A stretch of DNA of 64,000 nucleotides from Eledone cirrhosa (Eukaryota), in contig OZ024741.1 of the NCBI GenBank assembly GCA_964016885.1, forward strand, positions 305,040,001-305,104,000. Reading direction: 5' to 3'. The position numbers were made by a program, and so were the translations under genes. Shown here piece by piece: positions 11,729-25,807 of the stretch. Each line of letters opens with the position of its first letter. Within the stretch, counting starts at the first letter, position 1. A model generated the notes under the pieces. The model had not been told where the DNA came from. It saw only the letters and a list, made by a program, of their open reading frames with translations, and made no database searches.

Positions 11729-13849
11729 TTAATATAATTCCAAAGCTGAATCAGTATGACACAATATGTGACAAGATAGGATCTTTGAATTACATACAGT
11801 CAATGCAATACATTCATATAATTACTGTCTACCTTATTTCATTCATGAGGTTTAGGTCACCCTGAGGGTAGAGTACCTGACACATGCCCAAATGTTACAC
11901 AAAGGGATTGAGTTTGGAACCTTATGATTGTGAAGCAAACTTCTTAACTCATTTAGCTGTTGACAGGTAACAGAAGTTAAGCCCTTCGTGGCCATATTTT
12001 TAATTAAAAACACTCTATTTCAATTAATTAGTAAAGAATTTTTAGGGATTTACTAAAGATATTAATTATTTCATGACAAAGATAGTAACTTAACTCTTAA
12101 CATCATGCAATGATTTAGCAGAATATATTTTAAAATAGGTTTGTTAATTCAGATGTTTATAGTACCTTTACTAGAGATGAGATTATTGCAAAAATTTGCA
12201 GATTTATAGTAAAGACTTTAATGTTTACTGTAATACAGTCATAGTGTTGTTTGGTACTTTTCATGAATTTTGCACTAATCATATGGTAAATGATGCTAAG
12301 AAGGTTCCTATATAAAATTAGACCAGCAGATTTTATTTAAATAGAAACTCTTTTGTTTTATAGAACCAGTGCAGCTTTAATGTGTATGTAGAAACACTGA
12401 TCAAACAACTGGAGTGCTAATCATTAAAACTGATGGAGGATCTGTTTACTGTGTGCACATGTCTGTGCTGCTTCTGTTAACCCATTTGGATTTAAACTGG
12501 CCATATCCGGCTAGAATTCTCTCACCTCTTCCTTTTCAAACCAGCTATAACCGGCTGCTCATACTTATGTTAAGGTATTGTTCTCAAAATAAATAACATC
12601 AAAATCTCAAAGATTCGATATTATGTGAGATAAAGTGTTTACAGTGAAAATACAATAGTATATATAAAGTAATGTAAATGCTAAAGAGTTAACCCTTTCA
12701 TTAACACATTTCTAATGAATTGCCCTGTGCACATGATTCCAGCAATTTTTATGATAATCAAGAATTTGGAAATATGTAGAGAAATACCAAAATTTGTTGT
12801 TTGAAAAATGGTTCTTACATAAATCTATGATAAGTTTAAAATTTAATGATGGACACTCTAAAAAGATGAGTTTTTTTAATCATATGATAACAGGCGGTCT
12901 CATGTGTGATACCAACCCAGCTTTGGTTCTGTGAAACAAAATCACCCATTTTAAAGGGTTCCTATCTAAATTAAAATCTTCCAACATAATTTTATATCAG
13001 AACCTTATGTTAAGTTATTAGCTTTGTCATAAAATATGTAACAATTTTAGTAAATCCTTCAAAATCTTTCATCACTACTATTGATATTAAACCATCAGAA
13101 ACTGTACCTGGTTCTATAATACAAAGCTGTTTATTTCGAAGTGTTTATATTCATCTAAAAACCTTCCATTAACATTTTATGTAAGAACTTTTGTAAAATT
13201 ATGCCCTACACACCAACATCATAATGAGAAAGTTAGTTATATTACTAAACCCCCTCCAAATTCTTGATAATTTTCAAAATTATATGAAAACCATAGACAA
13301 TGTCTTTAATTAGAAATATAGTAATAAAAGGGTTAATTAATTGAAATAGAGTGTATTTCATTTGAAATATAGTAATGAAAAGGTTAATGTTCCTGTTTTA
13401 CTTTAGTAGAATGTTAAACTATCTGACAAAAATTCATATATGAAGTTGTCCCAGCTGTGATAGAGAGACATTGCAAGAATTCTAATAGAACCACAAACAG
13501 TCATTATGAACTGGTTCACTACAAGATATAATTTTGTTACTGGCTCCTAACACACTAATTAATGAGTCCACAGGCAGATGGCCTTGTTAAGAAGCTGGCC
13601 AAACATAAGTATAATAAAGGAGAAAAGAATGCGAAAGAGATGATAGAAGAAAATTAGAAGGAAGAGAAAATGCAGTGAACTAGTGTAATATTTGAGAAGA
13701 GTCAGTAATTTAATATTTTAGAACAATCAGCCACGTATTTTAGAAAATTCAGTGATGTCATATTTTAAAAGAGTCAATGGAATATTTTCTTAGAATCAGA
13801 AATGTAACATTTTAGAATAATCAGTGGAATATGTATTGTTATTTTATAT

Positions 13850-15039
13850 AATATAAATATATATAAAACTCTGTGTGTGTGTGTGTGAGTGCGTGCGTCG
13901 TGTGTGTCCCCTAATTTTTGCAAAGTCTATACAAATCCACATTTCTACTCCGATTGACTTCAAACTTGCATTTATATATTCCTTGCGGTCTAAAGATATT
14001 AACTGCAGCTTTTATTTTTCAATTTTTTGTTGTTAAAGTGTTAAAGGGGTGTTAGGCGCCGGTTATTGATCTCCGTCGCGCCCTTATAATATCTGTCTGT
14101 ATGCCTGGCTGTCTGCATTACGACATTATGACAAACATTGATGACATATTATGTTCGCTATTTTCCGTTCATTGCCAGGGAATGTCTTCATGAACCAAAG
14201 TATCATCTTCCTGTTTTCCTTCGGTGAAAACGTTTTTCGAAATATTTACTTCTGCGTTCACAGATTGATTCTTTTAGTTTCAGAAGATCCCGTTAAGGAT
14301 GAAAGCAGTGATTCTTTGCTTAAACTTTAATCTGTTATTTTAATATATAATATAAGCGAGTCAAGCCAGCCCAGTTGCCACTTCTTGCCAATAAATATTA
14401 ACCTGTTGTGCACCATTCATCTAACTGTAGACCAACAAATACCAACTAAACGGAGCGTTGACAAGAATGATGGCGAATGAATCTTCAAGGTAAGCAGTTT
14501 CCTCCTGAGCTGTTAGTTCACGTGGGATTCCCTGCTACACCTTTTTGTAATAATACCGAACAACGTACTGCTAGTCACTCCTTCCTCCAAAAGCGATACA
14601 AAGCGGACATGTGCATCGGGCAGATGGATCGGGTGCAAATCTACACCAAGCCTACGCGAGAAATTCGCAAGGGACTGCACCGACAGGGATAGAGAGAAAG
14701 AGTAACTTAGTGGAAAGAGTGCGAATGAACTTTTGAGGTAAGTAGCCTACGCCTTACTGCTATTGCACTGGAACCTTCTGCCAACTTAACCTGTGACTTT
14801 CTCTTTCACATTTACTCCAATAGGCCAAAACAGAAGAGTATGAAAAGAAGGGGCTCAACAATATTTCTATGAACAATGCACGTAGACAGCTAAACTGTAT
14901 TTTCAACTTCTTAAAATAAAACAAGTTTCTTATTGGTATATTTTCGCGAGTTTTTAACAGGCACTCACAAATAAACGTTTCTCATTGGAGGTGCTATTAT
15001 CAATGTTCTTACCCGTGCAACGCCGGGAGACACTGCTAG
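13850..15039 (+). mobile_element. Non-autonomous Helitron
   Basis: 5' tatatataaaactc(tg)n...ccgattgacttcaaactt; 3' hairpin cccgtgcaacgccggg (15012-15027) followed by CTAG|T. Confidence 0.75.
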
Positions 15040-16554
15040 TTTTATATAAATAAGTGATGCATTTTATCTTTGTTTTAATAGTTCAAATATAATATGGCCC
15101 TCAAATGTGACCTTCTGTGTTCCCACGGCTTCCACCAACAATATTATCATTACATAGCTACACCTGAGACCTTCATATATCTTCTTTCATAACTGTATCT
15201 AAATGTAACATTTAAAACACTGAGAAGTGTGTGCTTTATCTTTGTAGAGCTGTTTACAGTATGTGTATGTATGTATGTATATGTATGTGAGTGTGTGAAT
15301 ATATATGTATGTATGTGAGTGTGTGCATATATATGTATGTATGTGTGTGTCTGTATGTATGTGCTGAACCTCTGTCATTTCCAGCGATGAGTGTTCCAGT
15401 TGTTCAAAGAATGAGACAGACAGCTGGGCATCTCACAATCATGTGTAGCTTTAATACAAATTCTCAGAGAGATTTAACATTATGCATACAATGTGAGGCA
15501 AGGTTGGCTATTTGAATTACAGGTTCAACTAATGTGTGTCAGACGAATAGAAAAGAGCAGCATTCAAATAATGTCTTACTGAAGGACACACTGTTCCTCC
15601 AGGGAATCGAACTCATGGCCCCTCAATTGTAAACTGAAAACCCTAACCACAAAGCCACATATCTACACTAATGAGAGAGGTAGACTCTTGTCATCCTCAT
15701 TTCTGAAGGTCAAAGACCATGTACAATTGCACCAATGCTCATTGGGAAAATGTGACATCGGTTGGCACCAAATCCGCATCCAACGATCAATCAGCTCATC
15801 CGCCTTCGTTACGAAGATGAAACTATTGGTTTTTTGAAAGGTTGTCACTAAGTTGACTAAAGTGTTCCATCTACCAAGGTTTTGAATTCAGAGGAATCCT
15901 TCTCTTAGACAGAGTGCCAACCAAAGCTAACAAGCTCTGTCTGCAAGTTTTTTTTTTTTTTTTTTCTACAGTCGACTGGATTGCTGGCTGCTGACTCTCC
16001 TGAGTTACTCTGTCCTTTGATGAGGCTTGTTTTCCGTTCCTCAGGGTGTGCAAAAATCACAGTCCTCACCAAGCAAGTTTGGTGGGGTTGCCAGGTTAGT
16101 TGCCAACAACCCAAACATGTTACAGGTTGTATGTACTGGGTTACATGATTACATGTTACCAGTAGTACTTGTGAGTAATCTAATATAAATGGGAAGAGGT
16201 GGGGTAACCAACCATAAAAAAACATGCCTCCCACCACCACCCATAAACAATATGCAGTAACAAAGTCACTTATCTGTGTTTCTGTGTGTACTTGATGTCT
16301 AAGGATTGTGATGAGTGGGGAGACCCATTCAATCTATGCCATCATGATATGTAAAAGGGTGATGATCATATATATGTGTATATGTGCCTGTATATATATG
16401 TATATATATGTGCATATGTATATGTGTGCATGCATGTGTGTATGTATGTGTCTGTGTTTATATGTATGTCTATGTGCATATATGTAGGTAGTTATGTATG
16501 TGTGAGTCAGATACATAGTTGTTATGTTTGATTAGGTAAATATGAAGATAATAT

Positions 16555-16698
16555 GACTGGTTTGGTAGAGTTGCTAGAGTGTTGGATCTTTGTTTCAGCT
16601 CTCAGGGTGTTCTCAGTACAAATCCCACCAAGGTCTACTTTACCTTTCATCTTTTTGGTGTCAATAAAGTACCAGCCCCAAACTGGTGCAACCCTCTG

Positions 16699-16752
<54 letters not shown>

Positions 16753-16900
16753 TCAGTACAGGACTAGTATTTTATTTATCAAATTTAAAAGGTTGAAAAG
16801 TAAAGCTGATTTTGGTGAGATTTGAACTCCGAGTGTAGACAGCCAGAACAAATACTGCATAACATTATACCCGATGTTCTAATGTCTGCTAATTTACCAC
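16555..16900. mobile_element. Inverted pair of degenerate SINEs separated by (GA)n
   Basis: + copy cctttcatc...aataaagtaccag then - copy aaaagtaaagctga...gatttgaactc. Confidence 0.6.
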
Positions 16901-17434
16901 CTTAATCCTTTTGGCACCAACTTATCTGAACCCGCCCATAGTTCTACAATACAAAACCTCCATCATAATTTATGTAAGAATCTTTGTTAAGCTATGTTTC
17001 AAACACCAGCTTACTAATGAGAAAGTTTGTTATATTACTAAATCACTCAGAATTCTTGATTATTTTCAAATCATATGAAAATTATACTTTTTTCTTTAAA
17101 AAATGGTAACGAAAGTGTTAATTAATAATAATAATAATAATAAAATAAAAGTAAAACTACAGTTGTAGTAGTACAACTATTTCACTAATAAATAAAAATA
17201 CTAAATGTAAAATATATATATATCAGGAGAGCCATTTTTTTTTTTTTATGTATTAGTTTCTTTGTTATTCTTTCTGTCTCTTTTCCTTCCATCCTTCCTA
17301 CTTCTCAATAATAATTATCAATTAGATTTACTATTACTTCAAAGAAAGAGTAGAAACCATTTTCCCACTCTCATCTCATTCCACAGTTCTTTCTCCCATC
17401 CTCTCAACTATTTTCCCCCACTCTTTCTCACCGA

Positions 17435-17690
17435 TCTCTTTCTCTCTCTCACTCACACACCCTCCCTTTCTCTCTTTCTCTCACACACACACACCCTCTC
17501 TTTCTCTCTCTCTCTCTCACACACACCCTCTATTTCTCTCTCACACACACACCCTCTCTTTCTCTCTCTCACACACACACTCTCTCTTTCTCTCTCTCAC
17601 ACACACACCTTCTCTTTCTCTCTCTCTCACACACACACACCCTCTCTTTCTCTCTCTCTCACATGCACCCTCTCTTTCTCTCTCACCCCC
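17435..17690. repeat. Compound (CT)n/(CA)n minisatellite, ~30-bp period
   Basis: ctctctttctctctctcacacacacacc iterated. Confidence 0.9.
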
Positions 17691-18224
17691 TTCTCAATAC
17701 TGCTTTTTCTTTTTTTCCAGTCTTGTCACAGCCACAAAAGTAAAAAAAAAAAGAAAAAAAAAAGAAAAAAAAGCCAAAACAAAACAAAAAAAGATGAAAA
17801 AAACCGTTAAAAAAATCAACAAAAAACAGTATGTAGTAAGTATTGATTTGATGTTGCAGAATCACACATCCCACTTAGCCATCACATCCCACTTAACAGC
17901 ACAATTAAATTTTACTGTATTCATCAAGGTGAGTGAGGGTGGTGTGGGAGAGGGTGATGTGTGTGGTGTGGGGGAAGGTAGGAAGGTGGGTGACAGTGGT
18001 GGAATGACTGGAAAGATGAGGTGGTGGTGGTGGGGGAGGGGGAAGCAGCAGCAACAACTACATCAACAATAACAGCAACAACAATGACAACCACAAAAAA
18101 CACAATTTTTCAGAATAATAAAGGAAGTAAAAAATAAATAAAAAAAAGAGAAGTGTGTATATATATATATATTATATATATGAACATGTATATGTAGTGT
18201 GTATATATAAGTATAAGTGAATAT

Positions 18225-18425
18225 GTAAGGTGGTCGTGTAGGAGACACGGTGAAAAGGCCCCCAGTCCACACTGTAAATGTGGTTGGTGTTAGGAAGGGC
18301 ATCCAGCTGTAAAATACCTGCCAGAGACGCTTCCATGCGAGCGAGACACAGTCTCCGCATCAAATGGAACAAAACCGTCTAACCCATGCTAGCGTGGAAG
18401 ATGGACGTTAAACGATGATGATGAT
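18225..18425 (+). mobile_element. Solo RTE 3' UTR fragment with (GAT)n tail
   Basis: cacactgtaaatgtggttggtgttaggaagggcatccagctgt...ggacgttaaacgatgatg matches 57097-57262. Confidence 0.85.
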
Positions 18426-19364
18426 TATGTGTTTGTAGGTGTGTGTGCATATATGTGTGCATGTGTATATATAAGTATATGAGTATATGTAAGTATGTGT
18501 ATACATGTCTATATATGCGTGTGTAGGTAAATGTGTGAGTGGGTGTGTATATGTATGTGCATGTGTTTGTAGGTGTGTGTGTGTGTATATATGTGTGCAT
18601 GTGTATATATAAGTGTATGTGTATACATGTCTATACATGCGTGTGTATGTGAATGTGTATCAGTGTGTGTACATATGTATGTGCATATGTTTGTAGGTCT
18701 GTGTGTATATATGCATGTGCATGTTTGTAGGTGTGTGTGTGTGCATGTGTATATATAAGTTTTTGAGTTTATGTAAGTATGTGTATACATGCCTATACAA
18801 GTGTGTGTATAGGTACATGTATGTGTGCGTGTATCTGGTGGTGCGTGTGTATGTGTGCGTGTGTATGTGTTTGTGTGTATGGGCATGTGTGTGTGTGTGT
18901 AAAAGTGAAAGTAAAATAACCTAGAGTATGAAGCTAATTAATATTTGGCTTCTATCCACCCTACACACCAGCACTTCTGCCTCACACAGCAATAGTAGAA
19001 AAGGAAGAGATTACTGGAAATGTCGAAGCAATTATTTCTTTTAGTTTAGTGACAATGGCCTACATTCCCTGATAACGCCAAGATAAAAAATTTCCCATCT
19101 GAGTGGGAAGATTTAAAAAAAAAAAGAGATAATAATTCTGTCAGATAAAAATGATTTACTATTTTATAGAGGCACAGGAAGGATATGGCTGTGTCGTTAA
19201 GAAGTTCACATGGTTTCACGTTCAGTCTCTCTCACTGCAGCTTCAGCAAGTGTCTCCTACTATAGCCCTAGGTCATCCAATGCCTTGTGAGTAAATTTGG
19301 TAGACGAAAGCTCTAGGGAAGCCCATTTCTCTCTCTCTCTCTCTGTATATATATATATATATAC

Positions 19365-21525
19365 GTGACAACTTGCTGCAGGCTACTGATGAAACTTGTG
19401 GCTGGAGCAGAGCTCCAACCAGACAGAGGGTGACCTGGTGGTGGAACAGCACAGTAGATAAGGCTATTAGAGACAAAAGACTAGCATGGAAGGCTTGGAA
19501 AAAGGGTGGGAGTAGGGAAGAATATACAGCCACTAAGAGAGAAGCTAGACGTCAAGTGTACTTAGCATGCAGGGAGGCAGAGAGTAGGAGGTTTGCTAAT
19601 GTTCTGCTACGGGAAGATCAGAGGCGTGCGGTGTTCCACATTGCAAGGCAATGTGTCAATGCAAATCAGGATGTTGTTGGAGATAAATGTGTCCAGGATG
19701 ATGCCGGTGTACTTAGTGTCACGAATGATCAGAAAAAGGAGGCCTGGAAATGTCATTATGAGAGACTGATGAATGTGGAGAACAAATGGGAGAGAGAGAA
19801 ATTACCCTTGGTAGATCCGACAGAGGGACCAGCTATTGAGATTGACGAATATAGGGTCCAAGAGGTGATTAGGGAAATGAAAAATGGTAAGGCTGCCGGA
19901 CCATCGGGAATAGTTGCTGAGATGCTAAAGGCATCAAGGGACGTAGGCACTAAACTGGTTGCACGCATCATCAATCAGGCTATATATGGTGGTGTCATAC
20001 CCAAAGACTGGTGCAGCAGTATTCTCATAAATTGCTATAAAGGTAAAGGGGATGCTTTGGAAAGGAGCAATTATAGGGGTATAAAACTGATAGATCAGGT
20101 TATGAAAGTGGCAGAAAGGATTTTAGCACAACTAATTAGAGAAAAGGTCAAACTAGATGAGATGCAGTTTGGTTTTGTGCCTGGGAAGAGTACAACAGAT
20201 GCCCTCTTCTTGGTGAAGCAATTGCAAGAGAGGTTCTTAGAGAAGAATAAGCCACTATACTTAGCCTTTGTTGACCTAGAGAAGGCCTTTGATAGGGTAC
20301 CCCGATCTGTCATCTGGTGGTCCCTAAGGAAGCTAGGTGTTGAGGAATGATTTGTGAGGACAGTGCAAACTTTGTACAAAGGTACTCTCAGTAAAGTCAG
20401 GGTAGGAATGGAGTTTAGTGAGGAATTCCAGATACAAGTAGGAGTACATCAGGGTTCGGTCCTCAGCCCGCTCTTGTTCATTATAGTCCTCCAAGCCATA
20501 ACAGAGGAGTTTAAGACTGGCTGTCCATGGGAACTTCTCTATGCTGACGATCTGGTTCTTATAGCAGAATCAGTAGAGGAGCTAGAGAATAAATTCTGGC
20601 TATGGAAACAGCAGTTGGACTCAAGAGGACTGAGAGTGAATCTAGCTAAGACAAAAGTGTTGATGAGTAGAAAAGAGGACAAAACCCTGATTCCGTCAGG
20701 GAAATGGCCATGTTCGATATGCAGAAAAGGAACTGGCATAAATTCTATAAAATGCACACAATGCAGATCATGGGTACACAAGAGATGTAGTGGGATAGCA
20801 GGCAAACTAACAGGTAGGGAGAAATATGTATGCAGTAGATGTACAGGGAAATTAGACAGTAGAAGTCGCATTGATAGACACATTTTTCAAATGCAGGAGG
20901 GCGCTATAGAAGTGGTGGATAGCTTCCGGTACCTAGGAGATCAGATTAGCATGGGAGGAGGGTGTTCCGAGGCCATAGTATCTAGAATAAGGACAGGTTA
21001 GAAGAAGTTTAGGGAGCTGCTTCCTTTGTTGACGAAGAAGGGTTTCTCCCTGCGTACGAAAGGCCGGTTGTATGATGCCTGTGTGAGGAGCGCGATGCTG
21101 CATGGTAGTGAGACATGGGCAGTAACTGCAGAGGACATGCGACAGCTGGAGAGAAATGAGGCAAGCATGCTCCGTTGGATGTGCAGTGTAAATGTGCGTG
21201 AACGACCCAGCTTAAATGTGTTGAGAGAGAAACTGTGTCTGAGAGGGATAGAATGTAGTGTATAGGAGAGGAGACTGAGGTGGTATGGACATGTGATGCG
21301 CATGGAGGATGACCGATGGGTGAAGAAGTGCCAAGGAAAACGTGGTAGAGGTAGACCAAAGAAAAACATGGGCGGAGGTGGTGAGAACAGACCTCAGATC
21401 ATTGAAGCTCACGGTGGAGATGACGAGGGACCGTGACGAGTGGAGAGATGCTGTGCTGAATAAGACCCGTCCCACCCTTGCAAGCAGGGAAAAGCGGACG
21501 TAAAATGATGATGATGATGATGATG
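19365..21525 (+). mobile_element. RTE-clade LINE, 5'-truncated, RT with inserted PHD finger
   Basis: NYRGIKL, QFGF, FVDLEKAFDRV, GVHQGSVLSP, LLYADD, FRYLG, RLRWYGHV, RGRP motifs; in-frame stops at 20348 and 20999; (GAT)n tail. Confidence 0.95.
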
Positions 21526-21575
21526 TATGTGTGTGTATGTGTGTGTGTGTATATATATATACATATATATATATA

Positions 21576-22040
21576 TATGATGCCTGTGTGAGGAGCGCGA
21601 TGCTGCATGGTAGTGAGACATGGGCAGCAACTGCAGAGGATATGCGATGGCTGGAGAGAAATGAGGCAAACATGCTCCGTTGGATGTGCAATGTCAATGT
21701 GTGTGAACGACCCAGCTTAAATGTGTTGAGAGAGAAACTGTGTCTGAGAGGGATAGAATGTAGTGTGCGAGAGACAGGAGACTGCGGTGGTATGGAGATG
21801 TAATGTGCATGGAGGATGACCGATGGGTGAAGAAGCGCCAGGAAATGCCAGTTGAAGGAAGACATGGTAGAGGTAGACCACAAAAAACATGGGCGGAGGT
21901 GGTGAGAGCAGACCTCAGATCATTGAAGCTCACGGTGGAGATGACGGAGGACCGTGACATGTGGAGAGATGCTGTGCTGAATAGGACCTGTCCCACTCTT
22001 GCAAGCAGGGAAAAGTGGACGTAAAATCATGATGATGATG
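21576..22040 (+). mobile_element. RTE 3'-terminal ~460-bp fragment, tandem to the previous copy
   Basis: Very similar to 21071-21525; own (GAT)n tail. Confidence 0.92.
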
Positions 22041-22055
22041 ATATATATATATATA

Positions 22056-22133
22056 CAGGGTGTCACCAAAAATTATATACACACTATTATTAGAATGCTG
22101 TTGAAGTGTGTATACATTTTTGGGGACACTCTG
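22056..22133. mobile_element. 78-bp Tc1/mariner-type MITE
   Basis: TA|cagggtgtcaccaaaaattatatacacact ... agtgtgtatacatttttggggacactctg|TA. Confidence 0.8.
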
Positions 22134-22137
22134 TATT

Positions 22138-22176
<39 letters not shown>

Positions 22177-22334
22177 CATGAATAAATGTTAAGTTTGTGT
22201 GATTACATAATGACACATTCATGAATGTATGTATGGCCCTGTAATTCCCAAAGGAAGCCGTTGTCGCAGGGGTGGGGGTTGCATTGACATATGGCATTTC
22301 TAGGGCATTTGCTCCTCTCCAGGATATATATATT

Positions 22335-23240
22335 TATCATCATCATCTTCGTTTAACGTCCATCTTCCACGCTAGCATGGGTTAGATGGGAGATGTCCCA
22401 CTTGAGGCAAGCTTGGTCGGGTGACCGTGTCTCGCTCATATAGGACTATCTGGCAGGTTTTCTACGGCTGGATGCCCTTCCTAACACCAACCACATTTAC
22501 AGTGTGGAACTGGGTACTTTTTACCGTGTTACCTACACGGTCACATTACAGCGTGGACTGTGTGTTTATTTCTCATGACACCTACACGATCTCATTATCT
22601 CATTTATTTTGATTGGATGTTGTGGTACCAACTTTACAGGGAGAGGGTGGTGTTGGTGGGAGTGGGAGGATAGGGTAGGGGTAGTGGATTGGGGTGTATA
22701 TTTGGTTAAGAGGTGCCTACTGACTGTAGGTTTCGTTTTGTACATAGGCAAGGAGGGTCTTCTGTATTACTGTGTATCGCCAAAGATCTTGGTCCAGTGA
22801 CATTGTCTTAGAGAGGTGCAAATGTGTAAGGTCGGAATTTATCAAATCGTCCCAGGTTTTTCTGGGTTTACCTACTCCGTAACTACCATCAATTTTGATT
22901 GCCCTGCACTTTTTTTATACAGCTGTCGTCTTTCATGCCCATCACGTGAACATACCAACATAGTCTTCTCTCAAGTAAACATCATCTGATCCCTCTTATT
23001 CCTAATTTCTCACTTAGTTCATTTATGCTTTGCCGTTCACGTATATTACTATTACACATCCAATGGAGCATGCATGCAATGCCCATGTCTCACAGCCATG
23101 TAGCATTGCTGTTCGTATACAGGCATCATACAATCTGCCTTTCATTTTTAGAGAGAAACCTTTTGTGGCCAACAGCAGTATAAGCTCTCTGAACTTTTTC
23201 CATCCCGTTCTGACTCTGGCTACTGTACTTTCAGATCACC
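22335..23240 (-). mobile_element. RTE 3' fragment with long 3' UTR (same subfamily as 55190-57262)
   Basis: Reverse complement matches ...ARVRTGWKKFREL...GRLYDAC... and the 3' UTR with (GAT)n tail. Confidence 0.9.
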
Positions 23241-23591
23241 CTTATATATATATTTATCATCAGTCCAGCCTCCTGTTATTTTATTTATAATTAACTCCGT
23301 ATTCGCACCACCAACTACACACATGAAGACGGGTGAACTGCACTACGTTGAGTACTCTCCATAATATTGCACCAAGATTGACCATACGGAATGACCAACT
23401 CTATCCAGTGGTGAACCAACAAACCTAAAGATATATATATATATATATTATTCAATAATATTTACACTCTACTTTCCTTGAGTATAGAGTACTAAGTTGA
23501 ATAATGGACTTACTGGTAATATCTCATCCACACTTCTATACCAATAATTAAACTAATATATATCAACAATTTATTGTATTGTTCTCTCATG

Positions 23592-23626
<35 letters not shown>

Positions 23627-25559
23627 CTTGGGTGTGCATGTGTGTGTGTTAGTCATGTGTATGGGCAGGTGTCTTCTACTATAACCCTTGAATACTATAA
23701 TGCTTTACAAGTAAATTTAGTAGTCAGAAACTCTAAGGAAGCCCATTTATATATACATGTGTTTGTGTGTGTGTGCATGCCAATTTCCACAAAACATCAT
23801 ACTGACACAGTTTATATAAGCCAGCAGTGACATTGTTTATGCCTTCCATAAAAAGTATGTCATACAGTGTAGTGGTTCAATAAATGTTATCAGGTAGGTT
23901 ATCTGGCTATAGAAAACCTGCCTTATCCCTGTAGCATTTAAACCAGCTGCATCCGGCCAGAATTCTCTCACCTCTTTCTGTTAAAGCCGGCTGTAACTGG
24001 CCACTCACACTGATGTTAAGGTATTGTTCCCAAAATAAATAATATCAAAATCTCATAGATTCAATATTATGTGGGATAATTATGTGAAATAAAACCTTAA
24101 CCATGAAAATATAATAGTAAATATAGAATAATGTAAATGCTAAAGGGTTAAACATCTAGTCCAAACCATGCGAGTTTGGAAAAATGGATATAAAAAGAAT
24201 AATAATGATGACAATAATGCTAACAGTGGTCATGATAAAAATGATGATGATGACAACAATTATGATGATAATGATGATGATCTGAATCAGTATGCTAATG
24301 AATTTCAACAAGAGTTGAGGAGAACATCTTGCTTAGCACCACTTTGTAGTGGAATATGGTCACATTTTAAAAGACAGACAGTAATCAGTAATACAACAGT
24401 CACCAACAAGACAGCTATTAACTAGCAATACAACAGACACCTACAAGACAGCTATTAACTAGCAATACAACAGGCTCCAACAAGGAATAACACAGATGAT
24501 GTCCGTGTTGTTTGAAATTATATAACTGGTTCATTGATTATCCTATCTTTGATTAAATAATTTAGTTATAGTTTGGAAATATATGGCTGCAAAACTAAAA
24601 CTAAAGAAAAATTATGTATTTGGCAGTCTCCCTAGAACACATGCTGAGACATCGGTTCAATGAAGCAAAGTGAAATTCCTTTCAATAAAAATGGTAGTTT
24701 TTTTTAAAATGTGTTTAACCTGTTGACTGCTGTGTATATTTTACATAGCTACAGTTGCTGTGCCGGTTTTTTTTCCCAGTAAAATGACTATTTTGATTGT
24801 CAAACGTCACATCAATAAACTAGTAACCCCATCTAGCTTTGAAGTTATGAACTTTTAGGAATAAGTTCATAACTTTGAAGTTATGAAATGTTGGATAGGA
24901 GTTCAAGCATGTTAGGACATGTTATCGTGTCTACGGCACTGAAGAGGTTAAAGACAGACATCTCTAGTGCTGGTGCCATGATAAAAGACACTCATTATAC
25001 TCTGTAAAGTGGTTGGTAATAAGAATCAACTGTAGAGAGCAATGGCAAAGAATTTTGCAGACATGTCCTACTAACACCAGTGCATGTGTGTGTGTGCTAT
25101 TGGTCTGCTTGTGAAATTAATATAATATGCAAATGACTGAGCATTCCACAGACAGGTGTACTCTTAACAGGTGTACAGGAAGATTCAGTTACCACACTGT
25201 GAGACATGGCTGCCTCTTTGAATTACAGGTACAGCTCATTTTTGCCAGTTGAGTGGACTGGAGCAACATGAAATAAAGTGTCTGGCTGAAAGACACAAAC
25301 ATGCCACCAAGAACCTAACTCATGACCTTATAATCGTGAACCAAATATTCTATAATGATCTTACTTTTTTTCTTAATTTACATGACTTCTGTAACACTGG
25401 TAATGGAACCATTAAAAACATCTATTTTTGTCATTTTATGAATAAGTAAAGTTATTATGGAAAAGTTGCTTTCAATAACAAAGTTAAAAAAACAACATAT
25501 TTTCATATATTCTATCTTATTTTGGTTTAGTTTGGCATATTTAATCTAGCAAAATCAAC

Positions 25560-25807
25560 CGGCAGGAGACCCAGGGTTTGACCCCGAGCAAGATGGTCGG
25601 ATAACATCCATGAGGTCATTTGGTCTCGCTTGGGGATCCAGACAGATCAGTTGAAGACGGTTGTTTCTGACAGGACCACTGGAAGGAGTTTTGAGGATTC
25701 TGTCCCCATGACCCTCTCAAGAAGAAGAAGAAGAAGAAGAAGAAGAAGAAGAAGAAGAAGAAGAAGAAGAAGAAGAAGAAGAAGAAGAAGAAGAAGAAGA
25801 AGAAGAA
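25560..25807 (+). mobile_element. 3' end of a different RTE-type LINE with (AGA)n tail
   Basis: GRRPRVxPRARWSDNI...RLGI...VVSDR C-terminal pattern followed by ~29 AGA units. Confidence 0.6.

Noticed and set aside
15663-16130. Minus-strand ORF pieces such as LVGTLSKRRIPLNSKPW that resemble a PH N-terminus
   Set aside because: Immediate stop and a purine-rich acceptor context; part of the region is a dispersed repeat also seen at 27910-28010.
17262-18924. Long low-complexity ORFs (SLSHTH, YTHT, CVCV)
   Set aside because: Translations of microsatellites; the same applies to most YIYI and CVCV ORFs in the track.
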